Source: Polyangiaceae bacterium (GTDB lineage: Bacteria > Myxococcota_A > Polyangia > Polyangiales > Polyangiaceae). Taken from it: a stretch of DNA of 64,000 nt. The DNA is taken from the NCBI GenBank assembly GCA_965222375.1, contig CBDCTZ010000016.1, forward strand, positions 1,952,001-2,016,000, given 5' to 3'. Position 1 is the first letter of the stretch; each line of letters opens with the position of its first letter. Below are positions 18,719 through 28,539 of the stretch, one piece after another. The notes below the pieces were generated by a model. It did no database searches, was not told the DNA's origin, and saw only the letters and a program-made list of their open reading frames with translations. Position numbers and translations under genes: made by a program.

Positions 18719-19363
18719 TTAGACCTCTTCGGGCGGAGTGGTTCCAGGAACTGGACGCCGGGCCACGGCCGCGACCACGGCGATCCTCGATCGAAGTCCC
18801 GTCTTTTGGAAAACGCGTCGCCAATACGTGCCGGCCGTCCACGGGGCGCAGCCCAGCGCCTTTGCGGTCTGCTCGAGGTCGAGACCTTCGACGGCGCAGC
18901 GCACGACCCCAGCTTCTTGGCGGCTGAGCGCGTGGACGTGCGCAAACTCTTTGACACGGTGGACCCAGTGGTCATGGCGAACCACCACCTCCATGATCAA
19001 GGCCTCGAGCTGGGCGCCGACCAGAGGTTTGTTCAGTGCCAGCACGCCGCGCGTCCAACACTCCAGACTCACTTCGGGATCGAGCTGACCCGTGACCACC
19101 AGGGGGACAGTGGCGGGAAAGCGGGTGCGGATGTCCTCGAGCAGCTCGAGGCCGGAGCCGTCTGGCAGTCCAACGTCAATCAGCGCGATCACGAAGCCGC
19201 GTCCCGCGTGGAGCCTTGCACGCGCATCGGCTAGCGTGGGGCAGATGTCGACGTCGAAGCCCAGACCACGCAGCATCCGTGAATAGGTTCGCGCAACTGT
19301 GACATCATCCTCCACGACGAGTATGCGGCCCCGAACCTGCTCGGTTTCGCTTTGGCGCGTCAT
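18719..19363 (-). CDS. Response regulator (REC + LuxR-type HTH)
   Basis: RILVVEDD...ALIDVGLPDGSGLELL...VVTG...NKP; LSRQEAGVVRCAVEG...TAKALGC. Confidence 0.85.
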   Translation of the reverse strand: MTRQSETEQVRGRILVVEDDVTVARTYSRMLRGLGFDVDICPTLADARARLHAGRGFVIALIDVGLPDGSGLELLEDIRTRFPATVPLVVTGQLDPEVSLECWTRGVLALNKPLVGAQLEALIMEVVVRHDHWVHRVKEFAHVHALSRQEAGVVRCAVEGLDLEQTAKALGCAPWTAGTYWRRVFQKTGLRSRIAVVAAVARRPVPGTTPPEEV

Positions 19364-19890
19364 GGGCGCACCGAAAGGCGTCGAGTCGGTCTGGTCTTCC
19401 TCATTCTCCGCTCCCCATGGTCGCTTGCCTTGCCCCGCCGCATACGTTCGGAAGGACCTGCAAACCGTGTCGGACGTCCTGGGACTCCAGTTGCTAGTTT
19501 TTCGGGCTTGGTTCGCGCCAATCGCAGGCCCATGAACCCACAGCACCGTTGCCTAGTACGAGACTCGGACTCCCGTCATGTACCTAAGAATAGGGACACG
19601 ACGGTTGGTGGCATTTGTGAGATCCTGTAGCGGGCCCGGGTGCAATGGCTGCGCGACATTGCAGAGGCCAGCCGATCAATGTTGTGCAACTTTGGCATAA
19701 TTCAAAAAGACGGATGCTGCCCAAGCAGTTGCGAGGTTCACGCCGGGCAGAAACCCGACATCCCCGCTGACCACGGTCCCGCACAACATGCGCAAAACTC
19801 GAAGTCGTCCCTCGCCGGCCACACCACACCTGCCTGCACCTTTGACCAGCTTGTGAAAACGCGGAGCGCTTGCTCACATGAGCTGGGGTC

Positions 19891-21000
19891 ATGACGGGGC
19901 GGGCGAGCAAGAAGCGTGCGACGAAGAAGGCGAGGGCGTTGGCGAAGCGAGTCGGCGGCCCCGCGTCTCACATCCCGTCGTCTGCTCGAGAGAAGCGAGC
20001 GAAGTCCGTCACGTCTTCGCAGCATGGCGAACAGCGGGGACGCCAAGTCATCCGACACCTGAAGATCCTTGCCGCGCTGAGCCATGCTTCGAGGGGCCTG
20101 AGCGTGACGCAATTGCGAGAGGTGACCGACGAGGACTGCACGATTCGCACGCTGTATCGGGATCTGGAGCATCTCCAGGCAGCCGGGTTTGCCCTCACCA
20201 GCGACGACGGGCGCTGGTCAGCGAATCCCAACGCGCAGATACATGCGCCCGTTCAGCCCGAAGAACTGCTCGCGCTCATCCTGGCAGAACAAGCGCTGTC
20301 CGCCGGCGGCGCCACACCACACGCCGCGCCGCTCTCAACGCTTCGAAGCAAGCTACACAGCGCGCTGACGCCGAACGCACGAGCGTACTGCGAAGAGCTG
20401 GCCCAGTTCAGCATCGCCACTGCCTTTGGACCAAACATCGATGACGCCCTCGAACCCGTTGCCGGCGCGATTCGGGAAGCCATCGCCAAACTACACGCCC
20501 TGGCCATCACCTACGAGACGCCAGGCAAGCCCGCAGGCCGCCGAATCGTCGAACCCTACGCAACCTGGATCGCAGGGGGCCGCCCGTACTTGGTCGGCTT
20601 CTGCCGAACCGCGGGTGAAGTCCGCACCTTCGCCTTGGTCCGGATCCACGAGGCAGCGGTCCTCGACGAGGAGTTCGAACCCGACCCCACGTTCAACGTC
20701 GCGGACTTCGCCGGCAAAGGAGTTGGCGTCTATCACGGCGCGGTTCACCGAATCGTGCTGGAGCTGGCACCGGAAGTCGCACACCTAGCCAAAGAACGCA
20801 CCCTGCACCGCACGCAAAGCGTGGAATCGCTCTCCGACGGGCGCGCCCTCCTGCGCATCGAAGCAGCCGGCTTGCCCGAGATCGCCGCCTGGGTCGCCAG
20901 CTTCGGCGGCAAAGCCCGCGCCGTCGAGCCCCCTGAGCTGGTGGAGATGGTGCGGGCGTTGTTTACACAGGGAGCGGAGGCGCACAGTGGGGGCGCGTGA
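19891..21000 (+). CDS. WYL-domain transcriptional regulator (wHTH-WYL-WCX, PafBC/YafY-like)
   Basis: RTLYRDLEHLQAAGF HTH; RRIVEPY...PYLVGFC...VRTFALVRI WYL; WVASFGGKARAVEPPEL WCX. Confidence 0.93.
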   Translation: MTGRASKKRATKKARALAKRVGGPASHIPSSAREKRAKSVTSSQHGEQRGRQVIRHLKILAALSHASRGLSVTQLREVTDEDCTIRTLYRDLEHLQAAGFALTSDDGRWSANPNAQIHAPVQPEELLALILAEQALSAGGATPHAAPLSTLRSKLHSALTPNARAYCEELAQFSIATAFGPNIDDALEPVAGAIREAIAKLHALAITYETPGKPAGRRIVEPYATWIAGGRPYLVGFCRTAGEVRTFALVRIHEAAVLDEEFEPDPTFNVADFAGKGVGVYHGAVHRIVLELAPEVAHLAKERTLHRTQSVESLSDGRALLRIEAAGLPEIAAWVASFGGKARAVEPPELVEMVRALFTQGAEAHSGGA

Positions 21001-21016
21001 CCTGGGGTGTCACAGC
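20997..21016 (+). promoter_or_regulatory. Inverted repeat GTGACCT-N4-TGTCACAGC (candidate WYL operator)
   Basis: GTGACCTGGGGTGTCACAGC; same motif and spacing at 34085-34104. Confidence 0.55.
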
Positions 21017-21235
21017 TGCATGCCAATCATGAAAGCGCCGATGGAATCCGCTGCTCAGAGGAAGACCGCGTGACTGGTTCTTTTGACTCTACCCGAATTG
21101 AAAACACAGCACGGAAGGGACTTCTGCATGGTCATACCTTGCCGCGGCGAGCGTGGAGCCGATCGCGAGGGGAAGCAAACCGTGGAGTTTTCGAAGTACT
21201 CTTTGGAGGCGACGTGACCGCGTTCGCAACGCACG

Positions 21236-21601
21236 TCACACCGGCAACCGTCGAACGCGGATCCGAGCGCCGCGAACGGCAACGATTGCTCCGCTGGCCA
21301 GCTCGCTCGCAGCACTCTTCATTGCGCGCAGGATTAGCTCGGCCTGTTCGTTCGGTCTGTTCACCCCGGGCGTGCGCAGATGAAGGAAGGACGGACCATC
21401 CGCGCCCGAATGAGCTAGCAGCGCTGAAAAATCGCCGTCCCGCGACACGACGATTCGCGATTCATCACGTGCACGTTGCAAGACCTCCCGATCGCTTGCA
21501 CTCGCCAAACCGAGTTCGCGCACATGAACAACATCGTAGCCTTGACCTCGGAGGAGTTCCGCCGTCGCTGGCGAGATGGCGTTGTCGATCAAAAGCGCTA
21601 G
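21236..21601 (-). CDS. DUF5615 family PIN-like toxin (start uncertain)
   Basis: LLIDNAISP...GYDVVHVRELGL...SDREVLQRARDESRIVVSRDGDF. Confidence 0.85.
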   Translation of the reverse strand, partial: LALLIDNAISPATAELLRGQGYDVVHVRELGLASASDREVLQRARDESRIVVSRDGDFSALLAHSGADGPSFLHLRTPGVNRPNEQAELILRAMKSAASELASGAIVAVRGARIRVRRLPV

Positions 21602-21828
21602 CTGCTCGACGCGAGTGGGAGTTCGCGCTCCCGCAGCACCTCCGCGGCGAACCGCAGCGCCTCGGGAATGTCGGCCGGCTCCAAGTCGGGGTAAAGCTCC
21701 GTGATCTGCGCGGGAGTCATGCCATCCGCGACCAGGTCCACGATGATCGAGACTGGGATCCGCAACCCGCGAATGCAGGGGGCGCCACCCATCTGGTCCG
21801 GCCGAACTGTGATGCGGGGAAACGGCAT
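21598..21828 (-). CDS. DUF433 family antitoxin
   Basis: RITVRPDQMGGAPCIRGLRIPV...YPDLEPADIPEALRFAA. Confidence 0.92.
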   Translation of the reverse strand: MPFPRITVRPDQMGGAPCIRGLRIPVSIIVDLVADGMTPAQITELYPDLEPADIPEALRFAAEVLRERELPLASSS

Positions 21829-22092
21829 GTTCCAAGGATACTGGCATTTTTCTTGGTGCCCAGAAGTCGGTGTCGTGGGGCTGGGCCGGGGAGAATCTCG
21901 GCCGCCAAGCCCTGGACGACGCAGGCCGTCCAACGTCGGTCCAGCACGATCGACTCAGTCCTCGTCGCCACCGTTCTTCTTGCGGAAAAAACCAATCCGA
22001 CGCACCGGAGGCGACTCGCCGACAGGCGGATCGGGCCAGAGCCATCGAAAATCAAGGGTAAACCTGCCCCGTTCAACTGAAAGACCCACGAG

Positions 22093-22114
22093 TATCACCA
22101 TGGCATTGTAGCCT
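22093..22114 (+). promoter_or_regulatory. Candidate promoter of the Cascade/cas3 operon: TATCAC-N10-TAGCCT
   Basis: Same architecture as TGTCAC-N10-TAGGCT before cas4-cas1; lies in an AT-richer intergenic stretch. Confidence 0.4.
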
Positions 22115-22396
22115 AACATGTCTTTCGATGGACGCAACTCTGTGATCCTAAAATCACGCCATGAATACCCCCTACACACCAACAATTAGATCCCGCGCGA
22201 AGAAATGGTACCCTGTCGCTGAACTGGGAGAGGCGACGGCCCCATTGAAGCTTGGTTTGTCGCGGCGCGTCATGACGCTCTCGGCACCCACTCCGACGCT
22301 TCTCCCAGCTTCAATCCAAGTCCCAAGAAACGGCACAGCTCGAAGACCTGCCCCATCAACACGCCGAAACCAAAACAACACGGAGCCCATCCCATC

Positions 22397-23692
22397 ATGA
22401 CCACTGAAAACCCCCTCACCTTACCCATCCTCCAACAGGCCGTCGCTGGCGGTACTGCCGCGATTCGTTGCCTCACTCGCTTGCAGCCGGCGGGGGGCAG
22501 TGGCGACAAGGTGTTTCCGCCGACGTACGCCACTGGCGACAAGGCGACCACCCGCTATGCCTTCGAAGAACGGCGGATCGACGGGCAGAGCATCAGGACG
22601 GTGTTGCTCGATTCGGTCGCGTCTCAAGCGAATCGAATCGAAGAATCTCTGCAGGCAGCATGGGAAGAGGAGCGGCTTAGTTTTCCGGTTATCACCGTCG
22701 ACTTCAGCAAAGAAGAGGACATCGGGGATCTCGACACGATCAGCGTGCTGCAAGCTCCTCACCGCATTGCCGACGCCTTGCTGCGCGACAGCGTGGATGC
22801 CAGCGAAAAGAAGATCCGCTTTCGCGAGACGGAAATCGGGCGCGCTTACACCGACGCTACTGTCAAGAACGCCACTGCCGTCTACATGAACTGCCCCACA
22901 GCGCTGATCTTTGGCGTCTGGGACTCGACGGGCCCCAAAGGCGGCATGGGCAGCAAGTTCCAACGGGCACTCGTTTCAGAAATCGTCGGCGTCGGCGCCG
23001 AGCCCGGGGTCAAGACGGCCAGCCGGCTCGACCCCACTGGCATCCAGGCCAATGTCCCCGTCTTCCACGGGAAAGACGATCCGGAGGATTGGACGACAAA
23101 CGAAGAGTTGGCTCTCAAGAAGGGCAACAAGCCGGCGCTCTTCAGTCGCAAGGGCGCCCAGGGCAAAGGTAACCCCTCCGCCGTCAACCACAGCAATATC
23201 CCTCCGACCATTGAAGACAAAGCCGGAGGAGTGACCATCGACTATGCCCAACAGACCACCGTGCTCTCGTTGCCGGCTTTGCGGCGGCTCCGTTTCCCAA
23301 CGGATGGAGAGGGCCAACAACTCTCTGGCAAAGCGCGGCTGGACGCAGAAAACGCCGTCAGGACGGCGCTTGCAGCCTTGGCCCTGGCGGGCGTCGCGGA
23401 GCAGCGAATCCACGGATATGACCTGCGTTCGCGCTCCTTCCTGATTCCAGAAGATGGTCAACCATTGAAGTTCGAGCTCATCCCCGCCGACGGCGGCAAG
23501 GGCGAATTCTTCTCGCTCACCAGCGACGCCGCAGCCGAGCTCGTCTCTGCTGCCGCTGCCGCTGCGGCGCAAGCAGGGTTTCCGTGGAAGCGTATACCGC
23601 TAGCACTGGTTCCCTCACCGAAGCTATCCGACTTGATCCGCGAGAGCCGCAAGCGCTCAGCTGAAGGCGAGGGTGACGAGAGCAGCTCATGA
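22397..23692 (+). CDS. csb1: Type I-G (I-U) CRISPR-associated Cas7 (Csb1)
   Basis: LQPAGGSGDKVFPPTY, VLLDSVASQANRIE, PHRIADA, PTALIFGVWDS, LRSRS. Confidence 0.95.
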   Translation: MTTENPLTLPILQQAVAGGTAAIRCLTRLQPAGGSGDKVFPPTYATGDKATTRYAFEERRIDGQSIRTVLLDSVASQANRIEESLQAAWEEERLSFPVITVDFSKEEDIGDLDTISVLQAPHRIADALLRDSVDASEKKIRFRETEIGRAYTDATVKNATAVYMNCPTALIFGVWDSTGPKGGMGSKFQRALVSEIVGVGAEPGVKTASRLDPTGIQANVPVFHGKDDPEDWTTNEELALKKGNKPALFSRKGAQGKGNPSAVNHSNIPPTIEDKAGGVTIDYAQQTTVLSLPALRRLRFPTDGEGQQLSGKARLDAENAVRTALAALALAGVAEQRIHGYDLRSRSFLIPEDGQPLKFELIPADGGKGEFFSLTSDAAAELVSAAAAAAAQAGFPWKRIPLALVPSPKLSDLIRESRKRSAEGEGDESSS

Positions 23693-25437
23693 AGCATCTC
23701 GTCCTTCAGCTCCGCTACCTGACCGGGCGCTGCGTCGCGACCGCGTACAATGATCGAGAAAGAGCCGAATGGCCTCCGCATCCAGCGCGCGTGTATTCGG
23801 CCCTGGTAGCCACCTGGGCAGAAGGTGAAGCCCCCGTCGCCGCGGAGCGGGAAGCCCTGGAGTGGCTCGCCCAGCTTGACGCTCCTGCCATGTACGCGTC
23901 GGAGGCTGCGCGTCGCCCAGCTGTACCCCACTTCGTTCCCGTCAACGATGTCGCAGTCCTGGGCGACTTCAGTCGCGCACGCCACAAGCTTGCCGAGACT
24001 GAGCGGGCCCTCGAACAAGCCAAAGCCGACTACGAGAGCGCCAAGAACTCAGGAGATCAGAAGGCGATCAACCGCTTCAACAAATCCGTGGCCAAAACGG
24101 AGAAGGCTGTTGGCAAAGCGCGCCAGAAGCTCCAGCAGCTGCTGGAAGCAGACCAGCAGCCTTTCGCGACGGGCAAGCATCCTGCCACCGGTTTGAAGAG
24201 CGCCCGAGGCTTGCTCCCCGAGCATCGCGGCAAGCAGCCCCGCAGCTTCCCTTCCGTGACACCTGATGATCCTCGCGTGTGCTTGCGCTGGTCCGGACCA
24301 GATGAGGAGTTGGAGCGCCACGCACCCGCACTGGCCGACCTCGCGAGTCGGGTCGTCCGCGTCGGCCACTCCACGTCACTGGTAGCCTGCTCCCTCACGG
24401 ACGAGTGCCCGCGCGTCACCTGGCAGCCCGACGACAGCGGAGACGAAGTGCTCCGCGTGCCCGGTTCTGGACAGTTCGGGCGGTTGATGGAGGCGTTCGA
24501 GCGCCACCAAGAGATCGAGCCGCGCGTCTTGCCCTGTCGCTTTCAGCCGTACAAGAAAGCCGGAAGCGAGGAACAGATCCAGAGCGTGGCAACGCTGTTT
24601 GACGATGACTGGACCGTGTTTCGTCACGTCGGCGGGCGGCGGCTGTCCCAAACCAGCTGCGCCGAGTTCGCGCGGGCGATGCGGCGTGCGCTGATGAGCC
24701 ACGCAGACGATCCACCACCGGAACTGCTCAGCGGCCACACCAAAGACGGCGAGCCGACGAACCAAGCGCACGTGGCAATGGTCCCACTGCCCTCCGTGGG
24801 CCACATCCACGCCAGGGGCGATCTGCTCGGCATTGCGCTCGTCTTTCCGCGAAACGCAAATCCAATCGAGCGGCAAGCTGTATTGCGCGCTATCGGTCTG
24901 TGGGAAAACGAGCGACGTCTAGAAGACGACGATGAGCTCGTCGACACGCCCGTCCTCGAGCTAGCCCTGGGCCGAGCAGGAGTTGTCATGCTCGAACGCG
25001 TGGACTGGGGTGTCGCCCCCCTCAAGACGTTGCGCTCAGACCACTGGTGTCGCCCATCTCGCCCATCTCACGCCTGGGTGACGGCAACGCCCATCGCGCT
25101 GGACCGGAACCCCGGCAACCTGTCGTCCCAAGATTCGACAACAGCTAGGAAAGCTTTTGAGGCAGCGGAGCAGTCGATCGCCATTGCCTGCGGGCGCATC
25201 GGTCTTCCAAGCCCACGCTACGTGCAGATCCACCCGTCCGTGCCTCTGAATGGCACGATCAAGGCCCGAGCTTACCCACCATTCCCCAAAGACCCGAAGA
25301 AGCACCAGCGCGTGAAGGTGCACGCACGCATCGAGTTTCCGGTGCCGGTGTCAGGCCCGGTGTTGCTGGGGGCGGGGCGCTACCATGGACTGGGGCTGTG
25401 CTTTCCCCAACCGTATGAAGCGATGGTTCAGGAATGA
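23689..25437 (+). CDS. csb2: Type I-G Cas5/Cas6 fusion (Csb2)
   Basis: EWPPHPARVYSALVA, VPVND, VGHSTSLV, WVTATP, C-terminal G-loop GPVLLGAGRYHGLGLC. Confidence 0.95.
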   Translation: MKHLVLQLRYLTGRCVATAYNDRERAEWPPHPARVYSALVATWAEGEAPVAAEREALEWLAQLDAPAMYASEAARRPAVPHFVPVNDVAVLGDFSRARHKLAETERALEQAKADYESAKNSGDQKAINRFNKSVAKTEKAVGKARQKLQQLLEADQQPFATGKHPATGLKSARGLLPEHRGKQPRSFPSVTPDDPRVCLRWSGPDEELERHAPALADLASRVVRVGHSTSLVACSLTDECPRVTWQPDDSGDEVLRVPGSGQFGRLMEAFERHQEIEPRVLPCRFQPYKKAGSEEQIQSVATLFDDDWTVFRHVGGRRLSQTSCAEFARAMRRALMSHADDPPPELLSGHTKDGEPTNQAHVAMVPLPSVGHIHARGDLLGIALVFPRNANPIERQAVLRAIGLWENERRLEDDDELVDTPVLELALGRAGVVMLERVDWGVAPLKTLRSDHWCRPSRPSHAWVTATPIALDRNPGNLSSQDSTTARKAFEAAEQSIAIACGRIGLPSPRYVQIHPSVPLNGTIKARAYPPFPKDPKKHQRVKVHARIEFPVPVSGPVLLGAGRYHGLGLCFPQPYEAMVQE

Positions 25438-28400
25438 CTCCGCCGCAGAGCATCAAGTTCGGCCAGTACTTCACGGCGCTGCACGGCCACGAGCCATTCC
25501 CCTGGCAACAGCACCTCGCTGAGACCATTCTGGAAACTGGAGTCTGGCCGCCCCTGCTAGATATTCCAACGGGTCTGGGCAAGACGAGTGCTATCGATGT
25601 TGCGTTATTCACGCTGGCCGTTCGCCCCGAGATCGCGCCGCGCCGCATCATCTTGGTCGTCGACCGACGAGTCGTGGTCGATCAAGCAGCGGACCACGCA
25701 CGCAAGATCCAGCACTCGCTCCGGACAGCCCGGGAAGGCTCACTGGCGTCAGTAGCGCGAGCGCTCCGCAGGCTGTGGGACGGCCCGGATGATGCCCCCC
25801 CATTCGAAGTCGGAGTGCTTCGTGGGGGAATGCCCCGGGATGAGGCCTGGGCCCACCGCCCCGATCGTCCGGTAGTCGCGCTGAGTACGGTCGACCAGGT
25901 TGGGTCCCGCCTGCTCTTCCGCGGATACGGGGTGTCGCCCGGAATGGCACCTGTGCACGCCGGTCTGCTCGGTCAGGACGCGCTGATCATGCTCGATGAA
26001 GTTCAGCTTTCAACAGCCTTCGCCGAAACCCTCCATGCGATCGGTGAGCGTTGGAGACCATGGCGCGAGAGCGCGGCCAGAGCGGCCGCAGCAGCGTTGG
26101 AAATCCCCGATCGGTGGGCCTTCGTTCGCATGTCGGCAACGCCAGTGGGTACCGCAGGCCGTGAAACTACCCGCTTCCGTCTCTCGGAGGGTGATCTAGC
26201 CCACCCAGTCGTGCAGCAACGTCTCAACGCGAGCAAGCTCGCAACTTTGGGTCAACCCGTGGTGGCGGCGCGTAGCATCGGGACTTTTTCGTCGGAAGCT
26301 TGCCGTCACCTCGAAGCTGGCGCGAAACGACTAGCCGTGATCGTCAATCGCGTGGCGCTGGCACGGCAGGTCCACGAAGACCTGAAGCAGCGGATAGGAC
26401 CAAAGGCGGACACTGTACTGCTCACCGGGCGGATGCGACCGCTCGACCGCACCAACATATTTGGCAGTACCGACGATCCCACGAGCGTTGCAGCACGCGT
26501 GACGGCCGGAGCCCCCAGGGTCGCAGGGAGGCGTCCGATTATCGTCGTGTCCACTCAAACCATCGAAGCAGGCGCCGACTTCGACTTTGACGCGCTAGTA
26601 ACCGAATGCGCGAGTCTCGATGCCCTGCGACAGCGCTTCGGTCGCCTCGACCGCCGGGGTGAGATCGGGCAAACGCGCGCGACGATCCTCATCCGCAAGG
26701 ACCAGGCCCGCGACAGCGAGGACGATCCTGTGTACGGGGCAGCGCTAGGCAAGACCTGGAACTGGCTTCAAGATCGGGCGGACGCAACCGGCACCGTCGA
26801 CTTCGGCATTGCGAGCTTCCCGTTCCCAACCGGCGACGCAAAGGACCTCGAGGAGCTGTGCTCACCGGTACGGCACGCCCCAGTGATGCTGCCCGCACAC
26901 ATCGACGCTTGGGCCCAAACGAATCCCCGAGGCAAGCCCGATCCGGACGTCGCGCTCTGGCTACATGGACCAGACCGAGGACTGGCTGAAGTCCGCGTTA
27001 TTTGGCGCGCAGACGTCGATTCCAAGAACTTGAATGATCCCACCAGCGAAGTAGAAGCAAACGTTGAGCGCTACGCGACAGCAAGCCTTGCCGTGGCTCC
27101 GCCAAGCAGCCTCGAGAGCATCAGCGTGCCGCTACCGGCGTTCCGTGACTGGCTTGCAAACAGAGCCGCCGGCGAGCTGACGGATGTCGAAGCCGCGAGC
27201 AGCGACCTTTCTGGGAATGTACGCCGTAGGGATGACGAACAGCTCGAGCGTCGCGCGTTCTTGATCGTCACAAAGGCCGGAGCAAAGGTCTGTCGCACAG
27301 CGAACGACGCCTACCCCGAGGCAACCATCGTGGTTCCTTCGGGCTATGGTGGCATTCGGGACGGGAATTGGAACCCACGCGCCACGGAGCCCGTGAGCGA
27401 TCTTGGGGACTGGGCCCAATTCGTGCATAGAGGCCGGCCGGTACTGCGGCTTGTGCCTCAGCTGACCCATGCCACACGCAGAGTCGGTAAACGTGGCCGC
27501 GCGGAAGAAGGCGGTGAGGCTGACGGGGAATCCTCGGGGGCTCTGCTGCCAGCAGCGGTCGCGGAAAGCATCCCCATGGTTCCCGAAGTAGACGACCCGG
27601 AATACCGTCCGCGCAATGTCGTGCACGAGTGGTTGGTCGACGCACGCACGGCGGGATCCGACAATTGGAAGCTGGTTGCCAACGCCTTGACGCAGAAAAG
27701 GGCGCAGCTCCGCATCGTCCAGCTCGAGGGCTCCCCCTACTACGCCGTGATCGGCAGGCGGCGTCTGGACTTGCATCGTGAGCCAGTTCTTTACGGTTTC
27801 GACCTCGCCAGCGACATCGTCAACGACGACGACGATAGCGCCTCACACATTGGGAGAGAGGTCGGTTTGGAGGAGCACTTGGGCGACGTGGAGCGCTGGG
27901 CACAGGGCTTCTCCAAGAATGTCGACCTTCCCGAGACTCTCGCCCACGATCTTGCCCTGGCTGCCCGTCTGCATGACATCGGCAAAGCCGACGCGCGCTT
28001 CCAGCGGATGCTGCATGGCGGCAGCCCAGTTCGTCTGGCTGCGAGCGATCAGTTGCTTGCCAAATCGCGCGGCAACGCCAGTGACCGCGCAGCCCGCAAA
28101 CAGGCTCGCATACGTTCTGGCTACCCCGTGGGGTATCGTCACGAGCTTCTCTCCGTCGCGATGCTCGAGGGTACAGCTGATGCACTCGCCCGCGCGAATG
28201 ATCCAGAGCTGGTTCTGCATCTTGTGGGTAGCCACCACGGCTGGTGCCGCCCGTTCGCACCTGCCTTGGCCGATGGGCCTTCAGGAAACGTGGAGTTAGT
28301 GTTCGATGATACGCACTTCGCAGCCAACACCGCCCATGGCTTGGCAATGCCGGACTCCGGAGTGGCAGAACGCTACTGGCTACTGACCGAGCGCTACGGC

Positions 28401-28535
28401 TGGTGGACCTTGGCCTGGTTCGAAGCCCTGGTTCGGCTCGCTGACCACCGCGCCAGCGAGGAGAGCTCTCTCGGGAAGCGTTCCAGCGCACGCGCAGGTG
28501 CGGCTACCGTTGATGTCGCGCAAGGAGTCGTTTGA
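25434..28535 (+). CDS. cas3: Type I-G Cas3 helicase with C-terminal HD nuclease
   Basis: PFPWQ, PTGLGKT, STVDQVGSRLLFRGYG, DEVQ, MSAT, QRFGRLDR; C-terminal LHDIGK, RHE, SHHG, LADHRAS. Confidence 0.96.
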   Translation: MTPPQSIKFGQYFTALHGHEPFPWQQHLAETILETGVWPPLLDIPTGLGKTSAIDVALFTLAVRPEIAPRRIILVVDRRVVVDQAADHARKIQHSLRTAREGSLASVARALRRLWDGPDDAPPFEVGVLRGGMPRDEAWAHRPDRPVVALSTVDQVGSRLLFRGYGVSPGMAPVHAGLLGQDALIMLDEVQLSTAFAETLHAIGERWRPWRESAARAAAAALEIPDRWAFVRMSATPVGTAGRETTRFRLSEGDLAHPVVQQRLNASKLATLGQPVVAARSIGTFSSEACRHLEAGAKRLAVIVNRVALARQVHEDLKQRIGPKADTVLLTGRMRPLDRTNIFGSTDDPTSVAARVTAGAPRVAGRRPIIVVSTQTIEAGADFDFDALVTECASLDALRQRFGRLDRRGEIGQTRATILIRKDQARDSEDDPVYGAALGKTWNWLQDRADATGTVDFGIASFPFPTGDAKDLEELCSPVRHAPVMLPAHIDAWAQTNPRGKPDPDVALWLHGPDRGLAEVRVIWRADVDSKNLNDPTSEVEANVERYATASLAVAPPSSLESISVPLPAFRDWLANRAAGELTDVEAASSDLSGNVRRRDDEQLERRAFLIVTKAGAKVCRTANDAYPEATIVVPSGYGGIRDGNWNPRATEPVSDLGDWAQFVHRGRPVLRLVPQLTHATRRVGKRGRAEEGGEADGESSGALLPAAVAESIPMVPEVDDPEYRPRNVVHEWLVDARTAGSDNWKLVANALTQKRAQLRIVQLEGSPYYAVIGRRRLDLHREPVLYGFDLASDIVNDDDDSASHIGREVGLEEHLGDVERWAQGFSKNVDLPETLAHDLALAARLHDIGKADARFQRMLHGGSPVRLAASDQLLAKSRGNASDRAARKQARIRSGYPVGYRHELLSVAMLEGTADALARANDPELVLHLVGSHHGWCRPFAPALADGPSGNVELVFDDTHFAANTAHGLAMPDSGVAERYWLLTERYGWWTLAWFEALVRLADHRASEESSLGKRSSARAGAATVDVAQGVV

Positions 28536-28539
28536 AACC

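Noticed and set aside
19577..19598. Minus-strand TGTCCC-N10-TACATG as another WYL-type promoter
   Set aside because: Lacks the final T of the -10 element and the palindromic arm; too weak to call
21007..22080. 357-aa plus-strand ORF after the WYL gene
   Set aside because: Antisense to the well-supported DUF433/DUF5615 pair, with no domain features
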